This document shows positions 43,621 to 44,198 of a stretch of 44,198 nucleotides of DNA, piece by piece. Positions within the stretch are counted from its first letter, which is position 1; every line of letters starts with the position of its first letter. The notes beneath the pieces are model-generated. The model was not told where the DNA came from and ran no database searches. It was given only the letters and a program-made list of their open reading frames with translations. The position numbers and the translations under genes are program-made. The stretch is from a virus (lineage: Duplodnaviria; Caudoviricetes): IMG/VR virus record IMGVR_UViG_3300024331_000257, positions 1-44,198 of that record, one strand, 5' to 3'.

Positions 43621-44198
43621 TCAGCTGAGAAACATCGGCCGCGTGCGCATCCCCGTGCGCCACTGCAACGCGGCGGCCACCGTGTGGCAGTCCGGGTGCA
43701 CGCCCTCGACGTGGCGATCCCCGCTGCTCGGGTTGATCATCGACAAGTACGGGCGGCGCCGGCCGTCGCCCAGGTCGAGCTCGAGGAGCTCGTACATCGG
43801 TAGGTCGCGATCGACTACGCGCGCGCCGAGGTCCCTACAGATACGGGCGATGCCGATCTTCCGCACAATCTCCCGGCGGACCTCGGCGTTGCGCTCTCGC
43901 AGTAACAGCTGCGGATCCAGCACGCCTGCTGGCGTCTCCACGAGCTCGCGCGGGACGCGGGCACCGTGGAGAAACCAGTAGGCGGCCCCCCCGGGCCAAA
44001 ATACCGCGGGCCCGTCGTCGCAGTGGAGCTGCTCGCCGAGCACGCGCAGCGCCGGCCTCGGAGCCGCCACGACGCAGTCGCGCGCCACCCAAAAGAGCCA
44101 GAGGCCCGCTTCGAAAGCGTCGAGGTAGGGCAGCCAGATGCCGATCCATTTTTCGATCGCTGCCGACCGAGCTGCCGACCGAGCTGCCGACCAAGCTG
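43621..44198 (-). CDS. DUF6745-like protein (5'-truncated by the window edge)
   Basis: Frame open to the edge: AWSAARSAARSAA repeats (12-nt GCTGCCGACCGA units), then LHCDDGPA..WP.G...W..HG..VP...E.NAEVRR...NPS.G....E.V.P. Confidence 0.8.
   Translation of the reverse strand, partial: AWSAARSAARSAAIEKWIGIWLPYLDAFEAGLWLFWVARDCVVAAPRPALRVLGEQLHCDDGPAVFWPGGAAYWFLHGARVPRELVETPAGVLDPQLLLRERNAEVRREIVRKIGIARICRDLGARVVDRDLPMYELLELDLGDGRRRPYLSMINPSSGDRHVEGVHPDCHTVAAALQWRTGMRTRPMFLS

Larger units (their letters stand above)
1..44198 (-). mobile_element. Temperate myovirus-type phage genome segment, probably the excised/circular form
   Basis: Continuous co-oriented terminase, portal, protease, capsid, sheath, tube, tape-measure and baseplate genes, plus int/xis. 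Phage-type genes lie on both sides of the att-like site, and there are no host housekeeping genes. Confidence 0.97.

Noticed and set aside
44159-44198. 12-nt tandem repeat as a terminal repeat or regulatory array
   Set aside because: It is in frame with the DUF6745-like ORF and encodes SAAR/SAAW peptide repeats.
1-44198. Diversity-generating retroelement, retron or contractile injection system
   Set aside because: No reverse transcriptase motif or TR/VR pair was seen; capsid, portal and terminase show this is a true phage.

Overview
The whole 44.2 kb window is a high-GC tailed phage with a contractile tail. Almost every real gene is on the minus strand; the long plus-strand ORFs are antisense shadows. 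Reading from the right end, it contains a DUF6745-like gene pair, a free-standing HNH endonuclease, excisionase, tyrosine integrase, an apparently intact attP, a homopolymer-interrupted methyltransferase, a replication initiator, the terminases, portal and a MuF-like head protein. A ~13 kb accessory block follows, then prohead protease, scaffold, SPO1/Twort-like major capsid, neck, sheath, tube, a frameshifted tail chaperone, tape measure, M23 peptidase and baseplate genes. Most notable observations: (1) the attP core is the 5' half of a tRNA-Ser(GGA), flanked on both sides by paired arm-type repeats and lying inside the co-directional early gene run; (2) a hydrophobic-x-K-[A/S] motif recurs in capsid, protease, scaffold, portal and several accessory proteins, including an InPase-JAB-JAB polyvalent protein, suggesting a protease-processed head-cargo system; (3) a stand-alone ethylene-receptor-type sensor domain; (4) a G10 tract that frameshifts a methyltransferase; (5) an HNH gene whose C-terminus duplicates that of its upstream neighbour. 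All family calls come from reading motifs by eye, not from database searches.
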